Source: Candidatus Aenigmatarchaeota archaeon
GTDB lineage: Archaea; Aenigmatarchaeota; Aenigmatarchaeia; PWEA01
Reading direction: 5' to 3'
NCBI GenBank assembly: GCA_046539325.1
Contig: JBKHHD010000003.1
Coordinates: 30,024-94,023 of the forward strand
Length of the DNA: 64,000 bases
A program made the position numbers and the translations under genes. This document shows positions 1-8,754 of this stretch, piece by piece. Positions within the stretch are counted from its first letter, which is position 1. Each line of letters begins with the position of its first letter. The notes beneath the pieces were generated by a model. It did not search any database and had not been told where the DNA came from. It saw nothing but the letters and a program-made list of their open reading frames with translations.

Positions 1-2
1 AG

Positions 3-1187
3 GAAAGAAATATAAAGGCGACCAAACACGATGTCAAGGCCGTTGAATACTTCATAAGAGGTAAAGCCGATGAGAAAAACCTCGAAAAGATAAATCCATA
101 CGTCCATATGGCCTTGACTTCCGAAGACGTAACTAACTCGGCTTACGCCCTAGCGATCAAAGAAGCTACAGAAGACGTAATTCTTCCAAAAATCAAAGAC
201 CTTGGCAGGGACCTGGCCGAAGCCACAGAGGAGTACAAGGATCTCGTTATGCCAGGCCATACACATGGACAGAAAGCAGTGCCCACAACACTCGGCAAGG
301 AGTTCGGGGTTTATTTAGGTAGACTCGGAAAAGCAGTTTCGGACCTGGAGAGGTCTAAGGAAAGGATAGAGGGAAAGCTTGGTGGAGCAACAGGAACCAT
401 GGCGGCCCACGACCTCTTGTCAAAGATATATGATTCGGACATCGACTGGATGGATTTCTCAGAGGACTTCGTCGAGTCCATGGATCTCGAACACGTCTCA
501 CCGACAACGCAGATAAAACCGAGGGACGATATCGAAAGACTGTTCCAGAGTATAGTCAGGGCAAACAATGCGATAATAGATCTCAACAGAGACTGCTGGA
601 TGTATATCTCCCGGGACTATCTGAGAGAAAAGACAAAGGAAGGTGAGGTAGGTTCCTCGACGATGCCGCAGAAGGTAAATCCTATAGACTTTGAAAACTC
701 TGAAGGAAACCTATCCAAGGCCAACTTCGACCTGGAGTTCCTCGGCAACTACCTCACAAAATCAAGGATGCAGCGGGATCTCTCGGACTCCACCGTTCTG
801 AGAAACATCGGACCTGCCTTTGGCCACGCTGCGATAGGCTACGAGAAAACTATGAAAGGATTGAACAAAATCACAGCCAACATAGAAGAAATGCAAAGGG
901 ACGTACGAGAAAGTCCTGAGATGCTGGGCGAAGCGCTTCAAATTGCCCTGAGAGCTGAGGAGGAAAATGATGCCTACGAATGGGTCAAAGACGAGATGAG
1001 AGGAGAAAGTCTCGAACTCTCGGACATAAGTAATATCGTCAATGGACTTGAAGAAAAGAGAGATATCAGCGAAGAGACTATAGAAATTCTCAAAGAAATG
1101 GAACCGTCTGACTACACAGGACTGGCCGAAGAATCAGCAGAAAAGGCCCTGGAAGAGAACAAGGAGATATTTGAATACAACCTCTGA
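3..1187 (+). CDS. purB: Adenylosuccinate lyase (5'-truncated by the window edge)
   Basis: Frame is open from position 3 (…ATKHDVKAVEYF…). Contains GHTHGQKAVPTT and the signature GSSTMPQKVNPIDFENSEGN. Confidence 0.95.
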   Translation, partial: ERNIKATKHDVKAVEYFIRGKADEKNLEKINPYVHMALTSEDVTNSAYALAIKEATEDVILPKIKDLGRDLAEATEEYKDLVMPGHTHGQKAVPTTLGKEFGVYLGRLGKAVSDLERSKERIEGKLGGATGTMAAHDLLSKIYDSDIDWMDFSEDFVESMDLEHVSPTTQIKPRDDIERLFQSIVRANNAIIDLNRDCWMYISRDYLREKTKEGEVGSSTMPQKVNPIDFENSEGNLSKANFDLEFLGNYLTKSRMQRDLSDSTVLRNIGPAFGHAAIGYEKTMKGLNKITANIEEMQRDVRESPEMLGEALQIALRAEEENDAYEWVKDEMRGESLELSDISNIVNGLEEKRDISEETIEILKEMEPSDYTGLAEESAEKALEENKEIFEYNL

Positions 1188-1248
1188 GCACAAAAACTTT
1201 CCTAACCAAAGTATTTTTATCGCTCTCTGGAAATGTTAAAGGGTTAAG

Positions 1249-1782
1249 ATGCTAATATTTTTGACCTCCAACGAAGACAAGTTCAGAGAAGTAGAGAATA
1301 TCCTGGATAGGGAGCTGGAACGCAGGGACGTGGAACTGGAGGAGATACAGGCAGTAGAGATAGAGGAAGTTATAAAACACAAGCTAAGACAGGCTTACGA
1401 GCTTCTCAATGAGCCTGTTCTGGTCGAGGACACAGGCCTTTTCATCCATGCCTGGAATCGGCTCCCGGGCGCACTTACCAAGTTCTTCCTAAAGAAACTC
1501 AGCAGCGAGAAAATCTGCGGGATGGTAGACGAGAACAGAAAAGCTTCAGCAGAGACCTACGTCGGGTACAAAGACGGAGAAGACACAAGGATATTCAAAG
1601 GAACGGTCAAAGGAAGGATAACCGAGGAGCCAAGGGGTGAAGGCTTTGGCTGGGACCCGATCTTCCAACCTGAAGGCTACGAAAGAACGTTCGGTGAAAT
1701 GCCGCAGGAGGAGAAGAACCAGATCTCGATGAGGAAGAAGGCTTTAGAAAAGTTGAATCAATATCTCTCTCCAAGAGGTTAA
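1249..1782 (+). CDS. rdgB: Non-canonical purine NTP pyrophosphatase (Ham1/RdgB family)
   Basis: TSNEDK, VEDTGL, LPG, GFGWDPIF and EKNQISMR motifs. Confidence 0.92.
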   Translation: MLIFLTSNEDKFREVENILDRELERRDVELEEIQAVEIEEVIKHKLRQAYELLNEPVLVEDTGLFIHAWNRLPGALTKFFLKKLSSEKICGMVDENRKASAETYVGYKDGEDTRIFKGTVKGRITEEPRGEGFGWDPIFQPEGYERTFGEMPQEEKNQISMRKKALEKLNQYLSPRG

Positions 1783-1822
1783 CTTCAATTAATTTAAAGA
1801 TTAGGATAAATATAATCCTATT

Positions 1823-2116
1823 ATGACAGAATACAAACTAAGGTTAGCTGTCTCCCTGGAAATACTGGAGAGGATTACTCCGTATAGAGATAGGGGTTTC
1901 TCAGGAAACATTCAAACAAAGGAAGAGTTTATGAAGAACTGCAGGATACCCGACCAAAGTGTTATTATAGACAATTTTAGGAGGCAAGCCGCTGCTTCCG
2001 ACAGTGAAAAAAAGAGTAAAAACTACCGAGAAATGATTGAGCAAGTCCAGGAAATAGACAACGAAGATTGGGTTGATGTAGTTTACTCTATAGCCAATGG
2101 TGACTACGAGCTATAA
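1823..2116 (+). CDS. Hypothetical protein (97 aa)
   Basis: ORF behind an AT-rich TATA-like element; no recognisable motif. Confidence 0.55.
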   Translation: MTEYKLRLAVSLEILERITPYRDRGFSGNIQTKEEFMKNCRIPDQSVIIDNFRRQAAASDSEKKSKNYREMIEQVQEIDNEDWVDVVYSIANGDYEL

Positions 2117-2195
2117 GAAGGGCAAAGCCTGATTTATGACATAGTATTTCTTATTTAAAATTTAAATAACACAGAACATTAGAATTGTTAGGCAT

Positions 2196-2319
2196 GGGAC
2201 GGTGGCTTAGCCTGGTTAGACGCCGGAAAGGAAATTTCCGTTTTTTGCCGCTTCCGGTGGGCAAAAGCGCCACGCTGATAACGTGGAAGTCGCCGGTTCG
2301 AATCCGGCCCGTCCCACCA
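2196..2319 (+). tRNA. tRNA-Ile(GAU) with a 46-nt non-canonical intron at 22/23 (2220-2265); CCA encoded
   Basis: Acceptor GGGACGG/CCGTCCC, anticodon arm CCACG-CTGATAA-CGTGG, T arm GCCGG-TTCGAAT-CCGGC. Removing 2220-2265 restores the D arm GCTTAGCCTGGTTAG|AGC. Confidence 0.92.
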
Positions 2320-2363
2320 TCCAAGCTTTTATAGAGTCGGGAGAAATGGAATAACAAACACAG

Positions 2364-2493
2364 GCCGGCGTGGCCTAGTGGTTAAGGCGCTGCGCTCATA
2401 AACAATAATTTATGAGCTTTGATCCGCTGACGCGGAGATGAAAAATTTTGCGGTGCAACGCAGAGAGCGAGGGTTCGACCCCCTCCGCCGGCA
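2364..2493 (+). tRNA. tRNA-Met(CAU), probably elongator, with a 57-nt intron at 37/38 (2401-2457)
   Basis: Acceptor GCCGGCG/CGCCGGC, anticodon stem CTGCG/CGCAG with loop CTCATA^A, T arm GAGGG-TTCGACC-CCCTC. Confidence 0.92.
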
Positions 2494-2528
2494 TCCCTTT
2501 TCAATCTTAGTCCGTTGATTTCTTCGTT

Positions 2529-3542
2529 CTAAAGTAAAAAGCCTGTGGTATACTCGGCGTTTCCGACGGAACTTCCAAGGTCGTCCAGAGTCAGTTTCCT
2601 GTCTTTTTTTCTGTCAACGAGCTCGAGCTGTGAGATCTTCGCCGGATACTCCCTGTACGTCAGTTTGTTGGGTATAAGTCCCGCAAGCTTCTTGCGGAAC
2701 TTCCACGAGGCCTTTGAGTAGGGCTCAACTGTGAAGTTCAACTCCTTCTGTCCATTTTCTCCTTCCGCAGATATATGGAAAGATGGGAGATCTCCTTCTT
2801 CGTCCATATTTATTGAAAACTCACTGAAACTATGTGTCTCGTCACCGTCGTAAAAGGCCAGCTCTTCCTTGAGAGTTTTCCCGAACAACCAGGACTTGTG
2901 GTAGTCGATGAATGCACCGTTCTCGAAGTGGAATATACCCCAGTACCAGCTCGGTGTTGGAGCTTTTATGTTCACCCGCTGGAAGTAGGCACTGCCCTCG
3001 GCAACCTCTCCGTCTACCTCGCTTTCGGGGCTGAGATATGTGGCCCTCAAAACCGACTGGCTCATACCAAAGGGATACTCTTTTGAGAGCTTCGAGCTGT
3101 TGGCAAAGCTATAGTTCTTCCTCGGCGTAGCCGTAAAACGAAATCCGTCTCCAATGGTTACTTCACAGCTTTCTTCATCAACTTGGAAAACTGTGGGCGT
3201 TTTGCCCTCCGTCTTCAGTGAAGAGGAATCCATCTTCATCTCCGACTTCTCCACAATGAAGTTATGGTGCATCTCTTCGCCATCAAAATACCAGGAAGCG
3301 ACCACACCCTTTGAATCCTCGTCCTCTCCAAACTCAAACGTCCTACCGTTGCAGGTTATAGGTTTTTTGTCCTTCCGGGACCAGAGAACTGCCATCTACC
3401 TTGGCTTCTCCACTTCAGAAGGATCGTCTATAAAGAAGAGCCAAAACAGCCAGAACCAGCCATTACTTCGAAGTTCGCTTCCAGCATCTTTGAAAACCTC
3501 CTCTTCCAGTTCAACCGACAGTTCTTTGCCCAGGAACTTCAA
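2529..3542 (-). pseudogene. Conserved-looking beta-rich hypothetical protein interrupted by an in-frame TAG at 3396-3398 (pseudogene, read-through or sequencing error)
   Basis: The frame of ORF 2529-3395 continues upstream as TTG-KFLGKEL…GWFWLFWLFFIDDPSEVEKPR-TAG-MAVLWS, with GTGAT (SD-like) before the TTG. Confidence 0.6.
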
Positions 3543-3653
3543 TTTATCACGACATTACAAGCGTAAGGGACATTTTAAACTTTACTGTAAACTATTGGAA
3601 TACAGTTCCGAACGATTGCTTAAAAGTTAAAAACTCTCGGCTCGTATCTTATA

Positions 3654-4184
3654 ATGGTGTTGAAAATGAACGTTTCTGAGGCAATCCTTACAAGAAGATC
3701 CGTACGATCCTACAAGGAAAAGGAGATTCCCGAGGAGCAGCTACAGAAGGTTATAGAGTCTGGAAGAATGGCACCTTCCGCCCGGAACAAACAGGACTGG
3801 AAATTCATCCTGGTTGAGGACGAAGATAAGAGAGAAGAGCTATGTGAAGCCGCCAGTGGCCAGAAGTTTGTCAAGGAAGCTCCCACGGTCATCGTGGGCG
3901 TAGCGACGGACCCCGAAGACGTTATGCAATGTAGAGTTCGAACGGGAACAGTGGACGTAACGATAGCAATGGACCACATCACTCTGAAGGCAGCGGAGGA
4001 AGGACTTGGAACCTGTTGGATTGGAGCTTTTGACCAGGAAGAGGTTAAAGAGATTCTGAACATACCTGAAGGCTGCAAGGTAATTGCCCTGATGCCCATA
4101 GGCTATCCGGATGAAGAGCTTGAAGTCATGTACAAGGAAAGGAAGAATCCAGAGGACATAACCTGCAGAGACACATACTACTGA
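3654..4184 (+). CDS. Nitroreductase family protein
   Basis: RRSVRSY, APSARNKQDW and GLGTCWIGAF motifs. Confidence 0.93.
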   Translation: MVLKMNVSEAILTRRSVRSYKEKEIPEEQLQKVIESGRMAPSARNKQDWKFILVEDEDKREELCEAASGQKFVKEAPTVIVGVATDPEDVMQCRVRTGTVDVTIAMDHITLKAAEEGLGTCWIGAFDQEEVKEILNIPEGCKVIALMPIGYPDEELEVMYKERKNPEDITCRDTYY

Positions 4185-4191
4185 ACTACCT

Positions 4192-4905
4192 TCAAACGGA
4201 AGAACAGGCCTCGCAGTTTTCTCTCTTATTTACTTGGATATATCGAATCTCGTTTTCCTTGAGGTTTGTCTTCAGAAGCCTTTGGTTTGCAGTCCCCTCA
4301 CTAGTCAAGTACTTTACGACCTCTGAAGCCTGAAAAGAAGCTATGAAGGAAACCGCGAAGTTCGAGACGCCTTCTTCACTACAGCTCTTCAGGACATTTG
4401 ACGAAGGCTTTTCAGGATAAAGGCAACGAAAACATGGGCCCTGATCAGGCAGAAAAGTCATTGATCTTCCCTCGTAACCAACTACGGAACCGTGTACAAG
4501 AGGTATACCCCTTTCCATGCAAAATCTATTCAACAGATACCTTGTTTCCATGTTGTCTAAACAGTCCACGACCACACCAACATCCTTCAGATATTCTTCT
4601 GTATCCGAACTGAAGTTTTCCGAGAACGCTCTAACTTCTGCTGAGCAGGACTCCTCGATCAGTTCCTTCATAACAACTGCCTTGTTTCTGCCTGTATCTT
4701 TCCTCCTGTAAAGCGTCCGATGGATGTTGGACTCCTCAACTACGTCGCCGTCGACAAGACGAAGATCAATGCCGGATCTGGCCAGGAGGTTCGCAACGTT
4801 CGATCCAAGTCCGCCACACCCAACCACTAGGGACAACGAATCCTCGAGCTTCTGCTGGTTCTCTTTCCCAAAGAGCTTGACCTGACGGTCATAAATCTCG
4901 GACAT
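4192..4905 (-). CDS. ThiF/MoeB/UbaA-family E1-like adenylyltransferase
   Basis: YDRQ, GCGGLG, DGDVVEESNIHR, DCLDN, CFRC and C-terminal CEAC zinc motifs. Confidence 0.9.
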   Translation of the reverse strand: MSEIYDRQVKLFGKENQQKLEDSLSLVVGCGGLGSNVANLLARSGIDLRLVDGDVVEESNIHRTLYRRKDTGRNKAVVMKELIEESCSAEVRAFSENFSSDTEEYLKDVGVVVDCLDNMETRYLLNRFCMERGIPLVHGSVVGYEGRSMTFLPDQGPCFRCLYPEKPSSNVLKSCSEEGVSNFAVSFIASFQASEVVKYLTSEGTANQRLLKTNLKENEIRYIQVNKRENCEACSSV

Positions 4906-4952
4906 AAGAAAGTCCTATAATTTCGAAGATTGAAATAAGTTGAGCAAGGATT

Positions 4953-5381
4953 CTATGGAAGTTCACAGTTTACTTCGTCTGCAATTTCGCCTGGTGAAAC
5001 CACGCCTGTATTGTAGTGCTGCCCGTTTATGTGTATCTCAGGTACAGCCGTTCTCTTCATTTCGTTGCTACATCTCTGCTGCTCCTGAGAACACTCGACA
5101 AAAATCTGGCCTATAAGGTCAAAACCACCTAAGCTCTCAGCTAGCTGCGTGCAGGCCGAACATGTGTGCGTTCCGTATATCGTGACGCCGCCCTCGTCCA
5201 GGCAGTCTATGAAGTCTCTGGCCTCTTCCTCTGAGACCTGGTTGCCTGCTATCATGTAACCGGTGTCTGTGTCCTCGCCCATTTCATCAGTTAGGTAGAA
5301 GCCAGTGATTATGAGAATAACCACAAGAACTGAAACTCCAAGGATAGTCTTACCGGTTATCGTTATATCATTATCTGACAT
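4953..5381 (-). CDS. Membrane-anchored thioredoxin-fold protein
   Basis: N-terminal TM helix, YGTHTCSAC (CxxC), VEC…C and AVPEIHING. Start reassigned to the ATG at 5381. Confidence 0.65.
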   Translation of the reverse strand: MSDNDITITGKTILGVSVLVVILIITGFYLTDEMGEDTDTGYMIAGNQVSEEEARDFIDCLDEGGVTIYGTHTCSACTQLAESLGGFDLIGQIFVECSQEQQRCSNEMKRTAVPEIHINGQHYNTGVVSPGEIADEVNCELP

Positions 5382-5475
5382 ACCATGTTTATTTTGAGAA
5401 AAATATTTAAGCTTTTTTTTGTCGCTGCCGAACAAAATAAAAAGGAATATAAGTACTAAGCTCCAACTATCATGC

Positions 5476-5976
5476 ATGAAAAAAACTCCGCTGATACTCT
5501 TCGGAGCAGGCGTAATACTTGCAGCTTTGCTTATGACAGTTTCATTCGAAACTAAAGGATTGGATCACGAAAAAACTATTAACAGAGCGCAAGAATACTC
5601 TGAAAGACAGGAGGTATGCACAGACCAACACAAGCAGTTGGTCTCGCCTGACGGAGAAGTAGAATACGAAGCTCCTGACGGCTGTGAAATATCCTTCCTA
5701 GAAGAAAGGGGTTGGAGGCCACCCGGCGAGAAAGCTCCTGAACAAAGGATAGTCACAACCTGCCTGGATGACGAAGAGTGTGGATGGGTTAGTACAAACT
5801 GCTGCTCGGAAAACATGGGAGCCAGCTGGGAGTGTGTGAACAAAGAAGAGACTGTGCTTGACTGTCCTGAAAAATCTGTATGTCCAGCAGTCATGAATCC
5901 AAAACCAGTGGAAGATTGTGTATGTGTGGATGGTTCCTGTGAAGCCACAGACGGAAACGAAGGAGTTATCAAATAG
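5476..5976 (+). CDS. Secreted/anchored cysteine-rich protein
   Basis: Signal peptide MKKTPLILFGAGVILAALL; C-terminal domain with about 10 Cys. Confidence 0.7.
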   Translation: MKKTPLILFGAGVILAALLMTVSFETKGLDHEKTINRAQEYSERQEVCTDQHKQLVSPDGEVEYEAPDGCEISFLEERGWRPPGEKAPEQRIVTTCLDDEECGWVSTNCCSENMGASWECVNKEETVLDCPEKSVCPAVMNPKPVEDCVCVDGSCEATDGNEGVIK

Positions 5977-5994
5977 TTATTTGGCTAAATTCAG

Positions 5995-7020
5995 CTAATC
6001 AACAAGTGAGGTTATGTCCTTACAAACTACAGCTACGTTTTTTACTTCGTCTGTATCAGTATTTTTTACTGGACTCAGGGTTCTGAGAAAGTGTCTTTCA
6101 GGCTCTTGCCAAGAATGCCTGTGCTTAACGGTTTCACCTGTTTCAAAAACCTTTTGTACCTTCTCCTTGAACTCCTCAACTTCGTCTTTCCCATGAAATT
6201 CTTCAAATTTACTGCCGATAATATTATTTTCATCAGCACCTAGTCTTTGGGTCATCTCATCATTGACAAGAATATACCTACAGTCTTCATCCACCATATA
6301 GATAGAGTCGTCGGATGCATTTATAAGGGAGGCTAATCTTTCTTTCGTTTTCTTTATCTCCTTTGTCCTCTCTTTCACAAGATCCCCCAGCCTTTGCCTA
6401 TACATCTCACATTCTCTTTCAGCCTCTTTTCTTTCGGTTATATCCTTAAATATTAGAGTAAACCCTGTCATACCGTTCTGGAAAGTCGTTGGAATCATAT
6501 CCACCTCCATATGACACTGTTTAGAATCATCCTCGAAGGAAATTTCTACGGTTCTTTCCTCGTCCCCAACCAAAGCCGACTGTAGTTCAGGTATAATACT
6601 TTCACCAGGGAAGCTAGGCATAGAATCATCTCCGGCTTCGTCCGTCCTGAAAGGAGGTATATCAATTTCCTTAACCTTCTTTCCGATTACTTCTTCATCC
6701 AGATCAAAGCTCTCAAAGAACTTGCTGTTGGCCTGCACAAGCTCCATAGAAGTGTTGAGAACAGCTATGCAGTCATCACTGTAGTTAAGAACAGCACTCA
6801 AAGGAACCCTTTCCGAAAGGCTGTAAACCTTTGCAGGTCCAATTTTTTCCCTTTCGGCTTCCCCTGAAATTGTAAGAATCTCCAGATACTTCGCCACAGA
6901 GTTTCTGTTGAGATCTACTTCCTCTGAAATATCCTGTATCGTCATTCCTCGTGGATTTTCCTCAAGTACCTGCTTCACTTCGTTCAGATTTTTATTCTTC
7001 TGTGGTGTTTTAGAATTCAT
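5995..7020 (-). CDS. Winged-HTH + PAS + coiled coil + PAS one-component regulator
   Basis: GMTIQDISEEVDLNRNSVAKYLEIL HTH, then two PAS domains each ending in KDIT. Confidence 0.85.
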   Translation of the reverse strand: MNSKTPQKNKNLNEVKQVLEENPRGMTIQDISEEVDLNRNSVAKYLEILTISGEAEREKIGPAKVYSLSERVPLSAVLNYSDDCIAVLNTSMELVQANSKFFESFDLDEEVIGKKVKEIDIPPFRTDEAGDDSMPSFPGESIIPELQSALVGDEERTVEISFEDDSKQCHMEVDMIPTTFQNGMTGFTLIFKDITERKEAERECEMYRQRLGDLVKERTKEIKKTKERLASLINASDDSIYMVDEDCRYILVNDEMTQRLGADENNIIGSKFEEFHGKDEVEEFKEKVQKVFETGETVKHRHSWQEPERHFLRTLSPVKNTDTDEVKNVAVVCKDITSLVD

Positions 7021-7059
7021 TATAGCTAGCCTACTTTCCCACTTTTTTATGCTTTACGG

Positions 7060-7087
7060 TTTTGCATATCACTACTGATTTGCAAAA
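7060..7087. promoter_or_regulatory. Palindromic operator-like site in the divergent promoter region
   Basis: TTTTGCATATCA-CTAC-TGATTTGCAAAA (11/12 match), just upstream of TTTAAGTA (TATA-like, 7096-7103). Confidence 0.55.
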
Positions 7088-7233
7088 ACACAAACTTTAA
7101 GTAATTGAAGATGTAATACTAAACTCCCTCGCAAACCAGATTCGGTTTGCATGGGTGGGGGTAAAAAGCAAACACCTAGTCCTCAGTGCCCTAACTACAC
7201 AACCTAAAACCTAGGAAAAAACAAATCGGTCAG

Positions 7234-7437
7234 ATGGAGGTGTGCCGAATTAAGTACGCACTTAAGGATCTTCAAAACCTCTCAGAAAAGCTTTCAGAAG
7301 ACCTCAGAATTGACAATAAAGGGGTCAACGAAATTCTAAGCATTATGATTTTCTTCAGAGAAGGAAACATTGACCTTGAAACCGCAATAAAGGACCTCGA
7401 TTCAATTTACGAAACCGAACTCATCTTCAGGGGGTGA
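7234..7437 (+). CDS. Small hypothetical protein
   Basis: 67-aa ORF; its stop overlaps the SD (GGGGTGA) of the next small ORF. Confidence 0.5.
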   Translation: MEVCRIKYALKDLQNLSEKLSEDLRIDNKGVNEILSIMIFFREGNIDLETAIKDLDSIYETELIFRG

Positions 7438-7441
7438 AAAT

Positions 7442-7579
7442 TTGATAAAGGATGATTCCTGTCCAAGATGTTCAAGGAAAGTTACTTCAAATGCTCTCGA
7501 GTGCCCGACCTGCGGACTGAAGTTAAGGATCATAGAAGAAGAAACAAGACTAAACGAAGGACGGATACAAAACTGGTAG
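7442..7579 (+). CDS. Small zinc-ribbon protein (45 aa; missing from the ORF track)
   Basis: TTG start after GGGGTGA; MIKDDSCPRCSRKVTSNALECPTCGLKLR… has two CPxC motifs. Confidence 0.7.
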   Translation: MIKDDSCPRCSRKVTSNALECPTCGLKLRIIEEETRLNEGRIQNW

Positions 7580-7610
7580 ATTGTATGGCCTGAAGTCCTG
7601 ACCTAGGTTG

Positions 7611-7636
7611 GTGTCTTCGGGCCGACACCTTTTTTG
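7611..7636 (+). terminator. Hairpin plus T-tract terminator
   Basis: (G)GTGTC-TTCGGGCC-GACAC(C) followed by TTTTTT. Confidence 0.5.
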
Positions 7637-7717
7637 ATATCTGTAACTATTTACTCTGGTTTAACAAATTGTTAAATTAATTTTAAGTTACTACAACGAA
7701 AGACTTATTTTGATACA

Positions 7718-8140
7718 ATGTCATTTGAAGTAGAAACCCACAAAGTTTTGTTCTCGACATCAGAAAAGGACGAAGTAAAAAATCTCACCAAAGAGATACA
7801 GAAGAAAGTAAAGGAGTCCGATGTAAATGACGGAATTTGTCTTTTGTTTGCTCCACATGCCACAGGAGTTCTAATTCTGAATGAAGACGAAGGAGGAATC
7901 AAGGACGACTACCTGAAAGGCCTATATGAACTAGCTCCCGAAGACAACAACTGGAATCATGATCGAATAGACAACAACGCCCATTCACATGTCAAGAGCG
8001 CTATCGTCGGGACAGACAGAGTTGTTCCGATTACAGAAGGAAGCCTTGACCTCGGTACCTGGCAGGACGTCTTTTTTGTAGAAACGGACGGTCCGAGAAG
8101 TGAAAGAAGAATTATACTGAAGTTGATGGGAAAGGCCTAA
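7718..8140 (+). CDS. yjbQ: YjbQ/UPF0047 family protein
   Basis: PHATG…LNEDE, HDRIDNNAHSH and LGTWQ…ETDGPR motifs. Confidence 0.9.
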   Translation: MSFEVETHKVLFSTSEKDEVKNLTKEIQKKVKESDVNDGICLLFAPHATGVLILNEDEGGIKDDYLKGLYELAPEDNNWNHDRIDNNAHSHVKSAIVGTDRVVPITEGSLDLGTWQDVFFVETDGPRSERRIILKLMGKA

Positions 8141-8146
8141 ACCAAT

Positions 8147-8581
8147 TCAGAGCTCTGATTTCTCGGAACGCTTCGGAGAATCTACAGGAGCAACTTCAAC
8201 TTCATCGGCTTCAGCCATACTTCCCTCTAGCTCCGTTCCTGTCAGATTAAGTGTTCGGGCATGTCCGGAAGTAAGGGAACTGTTCTCAAGTTCCAACGAC
8301 TCGACGACATCACCATGGACTGTAACTACAAAGCCATCGATATCGCTTCGGCCCGAATTTCTAACTGCAAGGGTATCGTTTTCTTTATCGGTGCTTATTA
8401 TTTCGATATCAGTAAAAATAGTTCCAACCGGATCTTCATTCTCTATCTCTCCACCCCAGTCCTCGGCGATATCCATAAAGAAAGTAGAAGCTATCGCTGC
8501 CACAGCTATGACGAATGCAATGAGTATTACAGCAGCTATAAGCGGAGAGATTCCCTTGGTCTCTTTACAGCTAACAATCAT
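8147..8581 (-). CDS. Archaeal type IV pilin-like protein
   Basis: Class III signal KG^ISPLIAAVILIAFVIAVAA. Confidence 0.85.
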   Translation of the reverse strand: MIVSCKETKGISPLIAAVILIAFVIAVAAIASTFFMDIAEDWGGEIENEDPVGTIFTDIEIISTDKENDTLAVRNSGRSDIDGFVVTVHGDVVESLELENSSLTSGHARTLNLTGTELEGSMAEADEVEVAPVDSPKRSEKSEL

Positions 8582-8754
8582 CGTTCAATACATCGGTTTC
8601 AATATAAAAAAGGTTTAAGCCCTCAAATAACCAAAACCTATTTAAGTGTTGGGACTCCTACTACCAGAGAGAAAAAAAGAAGGTTAACAAGGGAGGGTAT
8701 AAAAGATACTTTTTCTTGTCTTCACTCGATAACGAATTTAGGAGGTAATTTACA

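Noticed and set aside
2151-2357. Short ORFs overlapping tRNA genes (also 30248-30773)
   Set aside because: Spurious frames across tRNA-Ile, tRNA-Leu and tRNA-Tyr.
3154-3630. 158-aa Ser-rich plus-strand ORF
   Set aside because: Antisense mirror of Glu/Asp codons in the minus-strand gene.
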